From Nitrospirales bacterium (GTDB taxonomy: Bacteria; Nitrospirota; Nitrospiria; Nitrospirales; UBA8639), in NCBI GenBank assembly GCA_965203295.1, contig CBDBCZ010000012.1:288001-352000 (forward strand): 64,000 nt of DNA, given 5' to 3'. This document shows positions 27,601 to 39,880 of the stretch, in pieces (position 1 is the first letter of the stretch; every line of letters starts with the position of its first letter). The position numbers and the translations under genes were made by a program. The notes under the pieces were generated by a model. That model did no database searches and was not told the DNA's origin. It saw nothing but the letters and a program-made list of their open reading frames with translations.

Positions 27601-28560
27601 AAGGCAGACAGCTTCCTTGGAATCTATTCAGCTAGGAGCAGCTAAAAAGATGCTTGGCTGCTCTTCTAAAACGTGTAATGAAGCAGAAAGGGGGGATGGG
27701 GTTAGAATCTTTGAAAGGCAGGAGGGATAGATGCAAACTTAAGTGGTGGTATAAAGTCAATAGTTTGAATGCTGAGAGATATCCTAGATTACTACTAGAC
27801 AGTGAGTGGGAAGTGAAGCCGTGTAGGGGTAGGCAGAGGAAGACCTGGAGGAAAGTAATTAGTGAATTGTTGTTGCAGTTAAATCTAGACAGTCAGGAAA
27901 TACTAGCTGAAGATTATAATGTAAACTTGTTTTTAGAGAGAGTAGATGAAGCATTGAGATGCAGAGAATATAAAGATTTTAATGATGGCTTAAATAGTAA
28001 AGTTAAACTTAGTCTTTACAAGTCTTGTTTGTAAGGAAATAGAATTTAAAAATTACTTGCAGGGGGTTGGGGATCCAGGAACACGATTGTTGTTTAAGTT
28101 TAGGTCTGGTACTAATGGTCTGAATGAAGGCATCGGGGTAAAAATGATGATAGGCAGTGTAAGTTGTGTGGGGATGAATGTGAGAGTGTGGTACATGTGC
28201 TCTGGGAGTGTCCTGCGTATGATACTTTTAGAAGTACTTTCATGGAAGACTTAGACAATCTGTTGGGTGGAAGTTTTGAAGAGTTTAGTGCACTCAATAA
28301 TTTCGAGAGGACGGGCTTTGTTTTAGGGTGTGAGAATTGGGAAAGATATGATTTTAAGGCTTTATTAAGGCTAGTTAAGAGTTTTATTTTATTAATCTGG
28401 GATACTAGAAAGAATAAATTATATGGCGATCAGGATGGTAATGGTGAGACATCTGGTTGCTCTTGCTCTTGTCCTCTGACTGGAGATCTTTCAAGCTCCG
28501 CCTGCGTATGTGGGTGCGTGGTCAATGGCGTAAGCGCTACGGCAGCAACATGAGTATATT
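24634..28560 (+). mobile_element. Young 5'-truncated non-LTR retrotransposon (APE endonuclease, RT, C-terminal CCHC)
   Basis: 915-aa open frame with ATWN, QESW, GDFNA, SIIDY and SDH (APE), plus YRGITLL, QAGFR, DVQKAFD, GVAQG and FADD (RT). Frameshifted continuation at ~27365, ~27695, ~28030 and ~28128 leads to CKLC..HVLWEC and a stop at 28551-28553, followed by a TATT tail. Confidence 0.97.
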
Positions 28561-28779
28561 ATTGATCTGGGATACTAGGAAGAATAAAATACATGGTGAT
28601 CGAGATAATGAAACATCTGTTTGTTCTTGCTCGGACTGGAGATCTTACAACTGTGTATGTGGGTGCGTGCTCAATGTCATACGCGCTACAACAGTGACAC
28701 GAGTGTAATATTACTACCTATCTGCATTATACAATGTAGCAGCTGCAGTTGATGTGCCATTCTTGTGAAATGTACAAAC

Positions 28780-28899
28780 CTGTGAAACAGTGTATCCCTT
28801 GCGGACAGTACTGAAGGAAACAGAGCTACTCTTTCGAGTAGACCTAAAGGTAGAGCTGGCTTTACTGCGCAGTGACTTTGCTCGGGTACTGTGCCACAC
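28780..28899 (-). pseudogene. aGPCR cytoplasmic-tail exon retained only in duplication copy 2
   Basis: Polypyrimidine-CAG acceptor, VWHSTRAKSLRSKASSTFRS..TVSQ, GT donor. It is in phase with the RSEK exon. Confidence 0.7.
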
Positions 28900-31279
28900 C
28901 TGAGAGAAGAGAGAGCAGGAATATTAAGGTAATAACTCCACGGACAAACCTGTAAGATCTGACGATAAAGGAGCAGGCACACCAGCCTCGTTCCCAGGCT
29001 TTACTTCCCAGCAGAAAAGCTGGGAAGTAGAGCCTGGGAACAAGGCTACAGGCACACGTAAAAGGCACCGCTCTTGTTGTCTAGATGTTTTCACCCAAGA
29101 GTTCTACTATAAATCTCCATGGCTAGGAATGATGATGACTTCTTGTACTTACTATTTAAGGTACATGTAGGTGGTACCACATCCTTGAACACATCAATTA
29201 AAACTGCTTGCTAACCCTCAGTCATCAATGTTTATTGGGGTGGGGATGTTACAAGACTACATTGCACCATTGCATATCTTCAGTTTGAACACATACAAAA
29301 TCCACTTTTTCACTTCTTGGAACATGAAACAGGAAAAAGCAAAATGCAAAATTTGTACTTAGAAGTTCCTAAGGAAGCATTAGGAATTTTAAAACCTTCT
29401 GAGACTTCTTCCAGGCAAAGGTTAAATGAATCTACTGGCAAAGTAAAAATTAACAGCTAGCTTTTGCTGATGAATCATGCAGGTAGTCCTCACAAACAGA
29501 TATTTTAGTTCTTGTTCCGAAATCTGGCTCCAGGTGGACCAAATTTAAAAGGCCTAGCTACTTGATGTAGATGACCAGCTGCAAGTTAGAGACTCAGGTA
29601 CTTTCCTTAATAGCCTCACTTTACAAACCTCATGGACTCACAGGATCCTCTTTCAATCTCTTCTGGTGTGTCTGGTTCATCCTGTGAGAAAGGGGGTATA
29701 TTACGTACGTATATGTATGCACATACACTACACATACACTGCAACAGTAGCTATGATGGTACATGTATACGGATAATTAATGGTATCATACTTTGACAAT
29801 ATATACTGGTATTATTGTATTTTCCATCATTTGAATGCAATGAGTGGTGTGTTCATATGTTAGGCATTGTAGTTGTTCCAGTGCTGGTGCTAGCCATGTT
29901 AGTTAGGCTATGATTGGTTACCACAGTGCTGCAGCGGGAACTTTAACGTAACACAGCTGGTAGCAATATCACAGCTGCTGGCAAAGCTGACCAAAAATTT
30001 CATGGTAGTTCTATGTGTAACAGTTACCTTGCTGTCGTGATCTGAGGGCTTGTGCTACCTGAGAAGGGCTTGGATCTGCAGAGTCAAAGCCAAGGGCTGG
30101 GCTCCCATCGTAAGGTTTGTGATTTTAATATGAGCAAAAGGTTACTGTTTATCTGTACATATGATTAGCTAAAAGCTGAGCTGTTATTCACTTCATATTT
30201 GGTTAAAACTGGTCTTTTTCCCCCTCTCCATAAGTTTCTCCTTCACTGTAAGATTTTTTATGGTGAAAGAGTTTTTTCATACACATCACTCTATTTCACT
30301 GTACATTCACAAAGGCTGCAAGATGAGCGTGCAGAGGTGGAGGAACAGAGAGAGCACTTTACCAAGCTAGGGGAGGAATTGCAGCCTGGAGATGGACAGA
30401 AGGTGGAGTGCATGGTGCAGACTCACAATACAAACTCAACTGACTAAACTAGAGCTGAGATGGGCCAAAGAATTTGGGTACAATTTTTTTGTGGCCAGCA
30501 TACCTGATTGTATTGCAATCTACTGCACATTCTCTATTATACTAAGATACGTAAGTTTAAGTGCTACTGATTATTAATGGAGTTGTTGTAGGTGTTTACA
30601 ATATAATTCTTAGGATAGACTAGTTTAGTGCAGGCGCAATTAATGACATCTCATGATTATATCAATCTTTCACTTGCTATGTATGTACATAGCAAGTGGT
30701 GGGGTTGTACCTCTACAAAGATTTGCAGTGGACAGCTTTATAATGTTAATGTCAGACAGGGTAAGAACAATCTCAGGCCCTGCGAAATATTATCACCCCC
30801 TGCATGTACAGATTTGGAAGGTATTGGGGTCAAAGTACAATGTAAGATAACCTTTTCATCTCAGCAGCAAGCCTGCGCTCTAACTGTGACTCAGATTCAT
30901 GTCTAATCCGATCTTTTGCCTAGTAGCAGCAAAGGAAAGGGAAATAAGTTCAAATATTTGCACTGTAATATAACGATCATTTGGACAGCTTATTGGAACA
31001 CTTCAGACTTACTAATGTCTCTACTGCCACAATGAAGAAGCTGAACATTTAAGAAAACAATTGCTACATTATTCTGCATCCAAACTACATGGGTAAGAGT
31101 TGACTCATTAGTCTACCAGGCTATTGAAAGGTTCGTAACAACTCTGCAGCTGGTTGCTGGTAGTATACATATACATCTAACATGATCAGTAACGTAATTT
31201 GGCAAAAACATGCATATGTACACATCACACATATGTATGTTACTTCTCTACATACATCATTCACAAAATATATACCACT

Positions 31280-32260
31280 TATTTCCAGGTCTGCTATCTT
31301 GCCATACAAGGCATCTCTCTCAGGCTGAGCTTGACTCATTAGTTGTTGGTGGGCCTCCAGAACTGCTGCCTATGAAGGAGAAGTATTGGGAGAATCATTT
31401 CAACAGCAGTAGATTCAGCATGGCAGATTTGTCTCAATCGCACCCTTCCCACCTTTTGCTTTTGAGCTTTCTCCCTTCCTCTTTCAAGCCTCTCAATTTC
31501 TTCATGACCCAAAATATTCTCCCTATAGCAGCAGTATATAGATGTGGGCTGTATCTCAATTATCGCGAATAGCTAGTATGGTCTAGCTGTTGAGGCTGGT
31601 ATGTTTGTACACGTATTCTAGCTGTGGTTATATCTTAATTATTGTACTAATAGTATGAACCTGTGTTCAAGCTGTTGCTTCAACTTTGTGATCTCTTGCT
31701 GATAGGCTGACAGCAATGCTTTCTGTGACATGTCCTTGTTGATGTGCGCAGTGGTCTTGATACTTTTTGCCACGAGTATTCAAATGTGGGTATAGAAAGA
31801 GAATACTGCTAAGAAAAAACTGATAAGGGGCATAATCAACTGTTTTAATAAGTGTAAAGACAAATTAATCTGAAGGAAAGCAGATTTAGCCAGTGACTCT
31901 GAACACAACACTAGGTGTGCTAGTAGTGGTGGCTGCCAGCAGATACGTACACAACTCAACCGTTTCTAGTATGAAGTATGAACGTGAACAGACTGCTACG
32001 TACTTGCATGTAACATTAATTGAAGGATAATAATAGCATGCTTCCCTTACACCAGTGTAAATTCTCATGCTACCTTTTCATTGTGGGTGTAATTACGTGA
32101 AAATAAGTACAGGATACTGGTATGTACATGCGTACCTCTGTTCTTCCAAATCTTATACTTCTGTGTTGCCTCCAAGGCAGTCCTGCAGCAACCGTGTCAG
32201 CTTAGAATCTCGATCAGGAATATACTTCACACCCGAGGTTGTCAGTGCTGTAACCACCAG
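31280..32260 (-). pseudogene. Kinesin fragment (end of motor, neck and coiled coil) with introns
   Basis: ALTTSGVKYIPDRDSKLTRLLQDCLGGN (~32165-32260), AKSIKTTAHINKDMSQKALLSAYQQEITKLKQQLE (~31661-31770) and coiled-coil exons at 31280-31500. No P-loop exons were found upstream. Confidence 0.85.
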
Positions 32261-32432
32261 GAAGAGAAGTGGAAACTCTGACAACACTCCCTTTTTCTTA
32301 GTGTATATGCTCATCTTCACTACTACACCTTTGCAATTGACAGCATTTCTACTGGGCAAATTAAGGCCATGTACACTTCAATCAAAGATTCAGTGTAACA
32401 AACATTTTCTAGAAGTCTATAAAGGATTAAAC

Positions 32433-32600
32433 AATAATATACTCATGTCACTGCTGTAGGGTTTACGCCATTGACCACGCACCCACATACGCAGGCGGAA
32501 GTTTTAAGATCTCCAGTCAGAGGACAAGAACAAGAGCAACGAGATGTTTCACCATCTTGATTACCATAATATTCTTCTAGTATTCTAGATTAATATTAAT
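32433..32600 (-). mobile_element. Short LINE 3' fragment
   Basis: AATAATATACTCATG..CCATTGACCACGCACCCACATACGCAGGCGG. A further remnant lies at ~41060-41145. Confidence 0.85.
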
Positions 32601-33424
32601 AAACTTTTAATTGGTCATAATAAAGTATATACTGGAATTCACTCCACCATTTGGCAAATAGAGATGTGCATTTTTGTCACCAGCCAGCAAAAGGCATGTA
32701 TAGGAATGTAGCATTGGGGGTGGGGCTACCCAGCCTACTTGGCTGATCGAGTTCATGCAAAGGCCAGCAAGAGCGTGTTTCACCATCATGTCTTCCGGAA
32801 ACATTTTTGTCATCATATGTATTACAGTAAACAGAAAAAAACATTAACAGAAGCAATCTGCAATGTGACACTGTGCCTTGATTTTCCATTGTATGTACAT
32901 AGTGAACTAACCTGGGTCCGAACACAAGATCATAGAAGAAATTGTGTGTTTCGTGATACGTCAGACTGTATATTAGCTCTCCAAAATAACCGATTCCGAT
33001 CTGTGAAGGCATTTTCCTTGACTCTGGTTTGATATCAATGGTTACTTTTTTATTAACCTAAACACACTGTGTGTGCACATGGAAAAGTACACTTACATGA
33101 CGCTATAGATACATATGCATACATAGCAACACAGTTAGTTGCAAGAGGCAATAACTGTTACACTACGCTATAACAGTTGTGATAGAGACCCCACCAAACA
33201 TAATCTAATTTACAGCAAAAGCTGGGAAGTAGAGCCTGGGAACGAGGCTATACATGTAGCACAATACAGGCTATACACTAGCTGAAGATAAAGACATCGT
33301 GTTTTACATGTACATATCAGATTAAAAATTAACACTCAACACAAAAAGGAACATAACTGTATAATGGGACAGTTTTGCATATCAGCTTTCTGCCTACTGT
33401 ATTGATGTCTTCTACCTTGATTCA

Positions 33425-33613
33425 CTCTGACTCTCTCTTCAATGAGCAGTAATGCTGTCTGTCTTCCAATGTCTTCTGGTAGCATAGGAGTAGGGGGATC
33501 AACTCCACTGGTAGAAACACTGAACTGTTTGCATGCAATGTGACGATCCGTTGGCTGCGTGCATCATTCCCTCTGTGCTCTCAGACGCCAGCGTTAGTTC
33601 ATAGCCAGGAGAC
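33425..33613 (-). pseudogene. RCL1: Single-exon fragment of RNA 3'-terminal phosphate cyclase-like protein, frameshifted
   Basis: SPGYELTLASESTEGMMHAA ... PMLPEDIGRQTALLLIEE resembles RCL1 SPGFGLSLVAETT..LPEDLGR..ARLLLEE. TAG acceptor at 33614. Confidence 0.75.
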
Positions 33614-34230
33614 CTACACAGTAAATAGATTTTTTTGCCGTGAAGTAAACACATACAATAGTAATGCAGGATTCAATAACAAGGCGAACAACAAAAACAA
33701 GACAATGCGGAACAAAAAAAGTACCAAAATGTAGTAAACAAAATACCAACATACAAGACTACTAATATTTACAAGGAAAAAAATGTGAGAAAATTAGCAG
33801 TCTTGTTACTTTCACTGGGGAATTATGATATAAACGTGGGCAGAGATCAGCTAGCCCCACCCATTGGCAGTGCATCTTAACTGATAATAAATACACCTAG
33901 CATACCCACATGATTAATATCCCTTTCCCAGCCTACACTTTAACCTTGATTGCTAATTATCTATGCGCAGTCTAGCCAACTTCTATTAATACCCACAATA
34001 AATAGTACTCTACTATCTATGTACCTAACCAAGGGGTCGCTTGCAATATCCACTCGGAGTCTCCAGTGCAAGCAATGCGAATACTGCAAGCGATCCCCAG
34101 TCTCGTTCTGCCCTGTGAGACTAAGCGATCCCATGGTGGGTAGAAGTTGGAGCTAACTAGCTAGGTATTAACAAGTCTCGGCTACATTATCTATGGTATC
34201 AACTAGCTAGACTATTAATGTGCTACGTAC

Positions 34231-36033
34231 CTGGACTCCGGTTAAACGGTTGCTGTAGTTTGCTAGTTCCCAGACTAGTAGTTTGCAGTGTTAATAATAG
34301 CGTTCGTTCCGCAAAACTAGCACTGAAGGTACCACATGCCCTTAACAGAGACAAGAAAAGTACAAGTGTAGGCCCGTGCAAGTTGTCACCCCACCTCACC
34401 CATGCACCACAGCCCATGCACAGGTGACACTCAATCTACTTCCACAACAAATGTACACTTGTTTACACAACTGTGTGAACTAATAAATGTAACTAGGATG
34501 TAAGATGCAAAAAGCCTTGGGTCAAAGTACCATTTGGTGTGTGTTCTACAAAAACCTGTCCAATCTTACTGATGCATTTCTTCTGATGTGACAGCATGTC
34601 CACAAATGTAAGAGGGCCAATGCTCTGTAAGTAAACAAACATACTATCATGGGTAAAGTACAAAGAACTGAAGCACTGACAGCTATTTGGGCTTTGTCAG
34701 TGTGGTGATGGTGTGTGTAGCACCTAGAGCAGACCAGCAAGTTCCGGCTGACCAGCAGCTACATACAGCCCTTAATTTGACTCTCACCAGGCAAGCCTCC
34801 ATGAAATAAAAGTGATCTAAGGATCTACTGTAGTTTAACTTTTCTCTGGTCTCCTAATCCTTCATTTACAATAGAAAAACTACTAATAAACAGTATTTCC
34901 TAATCAACCCAAAAAGTTAGCAACACCCTAACAGCCAGACACCGAAGGGAATAGGGTGAGGTAACTAATACCAAGCATGCCTAAGCCCACCATCAAAGTG
35001 GTACATAATACTGGACAGCATTGCTCAGAGAAACACTCTAACTAGCCTCGTTCCCTTTTTAAAACTTAACATGTTATCTGGGAACAAGACTATGTACAAA
35101 CCTGCAATTGTAGGCCAAGCTATGGCAAACAAGTGGTGGTGTAGTGTTGCCTAGACAGCGATAACGTAGTAGGCAACCATGATAGTTACAGCTGCTACAT
35201 GTATCTGGAAGCACATGATCAAGCTTCTGAGTCAGCACTTTTAATGTACTGCATTATGTAGGTTACTTATCTGCATGTGCAGAATGAGACAGACAGCCCA
35301 TTACAGTTCTACAGCTGCAGTTAGCTTGGTGTAACTGCTTGCTGAGCTAAACCTTGTGTGTTTCACTTAAAAAGTTCCTGGCTGGTTTCTTTAAATACGT
35401 GTACATGTAGGTGAAAAACATCAAACTTTTCATTGATGCCAGAAGCATGCCCTAGACCTGCAGCATGTGCATTATTTACCAAGGGAGAAATTCCAATATG
35501 TATGCATGTAGCTGGTCACAAGATGGATACCTCGTGTTAGTAACTGGGCAGGTGATCTCAAAGGCCTCCTCTAACTGAGTAGATCCCGGACTCTTTGTCA
35601 CCGAAATCTTCAGTTCTGGCATCGGTGGAATCAAAAACATCATGCAGAGGCATCAGTGGTAAAGGAAAGCTACAACACAGGAAATACATAGTTAAACACA
35701 AAAGTCCGCATGGAGTAAATTGAAGCCTCCATCGCCAAATCCAAGACTACGAAGAAAACGTTCCCCCCCCAAAAGGAAGGCTACAGTGAGTTATTGCAAG
35801 CCACGTTATTGCAATGGACCATACACATATGACGCTACAAAATTGTGTGTGGACAATGGTGACAGCAAAAAATTAGATTTCAGTTTCTATTGTCCAAATT
35901 CTGAAAACAAAAAGTCTGGAATGACATCATCATCACTTACTGCTGCCCTCAGCTGTCCAGTCTGAATCCTCCCTCTTTCACCAAACCCGGAGCGCCAGAC
36001 GATATCCATCTTTCCAACTGAGACGTTGTTAGT
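34231..36033 (-). pseudogene. TRAPPC13: Three-exon fragment of trafficking protein particle complex subunit 13
   Basis: 35941-36033 VGKMDIVWRSGFGERGRIQTGQL, 35531-35669 ..VREAFEITCPVTNTS and 34231-34322 ERTLLLTLQ, in the same order as TRAPPC13 [41 protein letters not shown]. There is a 1-nt phase defect. Confidence 0.8.
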
Positions 36034-36070
36034 CTGAGAGAAAGGAAGAAGCCATATCAGTTACTAAGTA

Positions 36071-36260
36071 TACTGTAGAGCACCAAAATTTCGAGGCATT
36101 TAAATTACTCAGTTTTCATGGTGGGACCACAAAAAATAAAGCTTGCGAAATGTTAGTACTACATTGTATGTAGCGCGGTTAACAAGGTTCCTCGATCTTC
36201 GAAATGTTCCGCACGACTAAACCATGAAAATGTGCTCCTCAAAATTTGGTGCCATTCGGA
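36071..36260. mobile_element. Small degenerate MITE
   Basis: GCACCAAAATTTCGAGG versus CCTCAAAATTTGGTGC inverted termini. Confidence 0.5.
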
Positions 36261-36924
36261 ATTGCCCTATGGTAGAGCGGTCATGGCAGCTATTTTGACA
36301 TGTGGCCTCTCAGAAGGTTTCTGAAATGTAAATTCAGGGATCTTACAGGTACTGTAATGAGAAGTTTCAGTCACTAACTGCATGTACGTGCGCGCATATT
36401 CACTACTACAATAACAGTATACTGTTACTGTAGTAGTGTTTACTGTACTTGTAGCCTTGCCTTCTGATTTCACAGAAATTCAGGGTCATATGACAGCCCA
36501 AACACTACCATAACGGCAACTGCGTTACATGTACATACTGTACTTATAGAGCAAGCATGCCCGTCTATGCTCTAATTAAAAAAGTTGACGACAGTATGAC
36601 TGCAGCTTTTGTGAACAGAGGCACAATTAAGCCCACCCTGAAATCCATTAATTGGGAATTATAATTTTCTCCAGCACAGTTGCCAAGGTAGGCTAAGGTT
36701 CCCCAGTGGTTATAGATAATGGTTCATTAAGTGACACCTGTTAATAACTCTCTGATCATTCATGCGCCCGCAGTACAAAGTCAGAATCGGTGTAACTTGG
36801 CGAGGATGCCATCTTCAACACGTGCCTGCCCTCGGGATGGTCCCCGGGGCCGAAAGCGTTACAAGCATTTACATACACTAGCTCAGATTCGACCGCCGCA
36901 ATGCAAGATTAGTTGCCTCACACT

Positions 36925-38230
36925 AAGGTGCTCAGCAATCATTGCATTATAATTGACTATGTGCACTCCAGTGGCACCCATCGCAGCAGTGTAATGGTTT
37001 AATCACTGCAGCTGCCATGCAGAAAATAGAGATGCAGAAATAGCTGATTTTTTAGTTCTAAAGCAAAAAGTGTTTAAGGTTTTGTATAGTACCACAGCTT
37101 GAGTGAAGGGGTATATGTACTTCAGTCCAGCAAAAGACCACTCTAAGCATTAGGAACTACATAGTCTACACTAGCTCCGGAATGCCTCAAAATATAGTTA
37201 CAACAGAAATGCAACTTGCCTGAATCAGAAAATTAGGGTTGATGGTGCATGTTCTCCCCAAGAACTGCACACGCAAATCAGTGGAGTCAAGGACGGTCTG
37301 AACTACTCCAACTTTCTTGGTTGCCTACAGAAGACAGCAACAGTATTGTTCATGCAGATAGCTTCGCACACACTAGCAAACATACATAAATATTGCAGCT
37401 CAGAAGGCCATAGAGTCTTTTCCTATGACATAAAATAGCCAGGGCTGCATGTAGATGCCACTTGAAACTTATGCATACATGCTTGCTTAATTCGGAACGG
37501 TTGTCACATTACTAATCTGTACGATTTCGAACACTGGCAGTGCACTGCCAGTGTTCGAGATCGTACAGATTAGTTTTGACCACTCCGTTTGCTAACTGTA
37601 GCAAGGACTATTATGGCAGCCTGCTACTTGGCAGAGTGTGGTTGCCAACTAATGAGTCCCGCTACAATAGAAATAAAAGACGAAAGGTACCTCTTGGCTG
37701 TCTGATCTGTGGGTGGTAATGCGAGAACCATTCCGAATTATTATACCAGAGCCACCTGAGAACTATACTAATTATGCTTGCTTAACAGTGCCACCTATAC
37801 TAACTGTACTGTATATTAAGCTACGTGAACACAACATACAGCTAGGGCATGGCCACTCATTATAAATGCTGTACCATGCACTTAGTAAGGTGCTCAGCAA
37901 TACTGCATCATAATTGACTATGTGCATTCCAGTGGCACCCATCACAGCAGTGTAATGGTTTAATCACTGCAGCTCCCAGGCAAAACATAGGGATGCAGAA
38001 ATGGCTGATTCTGAAACAAAAAGTGTGGAAGGTTTTGAATAGTGCCACAGCTTCAGTCCAGCAAAAGACCACTCTAAGCGCACAGCCTAATACCACACAT
38101 TAGGAACTACATAGTCTACACTAGCTCCGGAATGCCTCAAAATATAGTTACGACAGAAATGCAACTTGCCTGAATCAGAACATTAGGGTTGATGGTCCAT
38201 GTTCTTCCCAAGAACTGCACATGCAAATCA
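36925..38230. repeat. Direct repeat pair of ~350 bp (36925-37280 and 37887-38230)
   Basis: TAAGGTGCTCAGCAAT..CCCAAGAACTGCAC is present twice. Confidence 0.85.
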
Positions 38231-38939
38231 ATGGTTTAAACTGGTGGTGGCTTCGTAGGGGAGAGGACTGGTAGGGAGCACCTACATACAAGAATCGTAA
38301 CATTTCGGCACCACTTATGCGATGTAACAATCTTTGTAAGTTAAATTCAGCGGTAGAAAATACTAGAAACTGGGCTGTACATGTATTAAAACTGGAAAGT
38401 ACAAGAACAGGAGAAGGAACTGCCAGAGAACACAGACGCAGGAGGGAACCAGGAGCCACACTGCCCGTAGTCACACACAAAAAATTTAAGAGGGGAATAT
38501 TAAAAATTGTGTTAAAATAGCGACCAACGTGCAAATATGGTTCATTTCATTGACAGTAACAGTGGTCTTGGCATTACTTAGCACGGTACACCATGGACCA
38601 CAACATGGCTGCAGTAGTCATTACACATGTATACTAGAAAATGCAACATACTGTGCGCTGTGTCTTATCTATTTCCTATCTCTACTTTTATGCACTTCCG
38701 CTATGAATGCATTTCACGATAATCCATGCAGCTGATATTTTACACACGAGAATCACTCCTGTTCTGCAGTTGTCTACAGAGATACAACAGTCTAAGTGAA
38801 GCCAATGGTGTGTGTATGTACATGTAGTGTGAAATGCTTAACTTGCCTATGTATATGCACTTACTCTTGCATCTCTGCTTGTCCGCCATACATACACTTG
38901 GCATTGTGGTCCACGCCTCAACACAAACTGGTTACTAAC

Positions 38940-39880
38940 CTACCACAGGGAGGTGTCCTGGGTAGTAGTATCCACCAGTAGCTGCCACCTTGCATTTCAA
39001 GTCCATCTGCAGAATTATTGAGTGAGGGTCAGTACACCCGGAAGATATGGGGTGCTTGTGTATGGATTGTGAATAGCACCCCAGAGTCATTTGCTGAGTG
39101 AAAAATGGTGCCAAATGTAGTTATGATGGGTGAGCAGAAATACAGGCATATGTATGGCTGGTGACAGATCAGAACCATCACCTGTGTGTGGCTTGGTAAA
39201 TAAGTGTCAGATTATGTAGACCATATCATGTCAAATTAAAGATGCTTTGACAACACTTCATTGAAGGTCATCATTCATAGCTTGCACATATGTACATACA
39301 CATGACAGCATATTAGATAACTTAAAATACCCTTCCGTTATGGCCAATTCTGTATACATTGCCTTTTTTGGTCTCCTTCCACTCCACCCATGCAGCATTC
39401 CCCTGCAAGATGAAATAGCAGTATTTTGCTACAAGGTTTGCAAGTCACGAATAAACCATAACATGTACATGCATGTGCATACCAAATATTAAGGAAGCAG
39501 GACAATAAAATAAACAGTATTAGGCTAATAAGCCTGGCACTAGCTCCAATACTCCTCTCTGTAATCAATATCTGAATCGCACACTACAGGCGGCGGAATA
39601 TACGGATGTTATACCTTCTGTTCATAATGTCATGTTGATGCATGCTCATTTGTTTATGGGATATTTAATTATAAACATGCATGTGGGGCATTGTGTGGCT
39701 GGAAAGGTAGCGTGAAAGAGTGACATAGAAAAAAGCATAAGCTTCCACAGTTTCTGGGAAATGAAGAATAGAGTTGGAGAAATGTTGAGAATTTATGACA
39801 GTTAAGTACTTATAGCTTGGTCTTCATCATCTTCCCATCCTTGAAGCTTCTGAAGGGTTCCGGTTTTGTCATAATCGCCT
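38940..39880 (-). pseudogene. MIB/HERC2 domain fragment (mind bomb-like)
   Basis: Exons 39331-39402 (GNAAWVEWKETKKGNVYRIGHNGR) and 38940-39006 (MDLKCKVAATGGYYYPGHLPVV), and probably ~39815-39878 (GTLQKLQGW). Confidence 0.8.
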
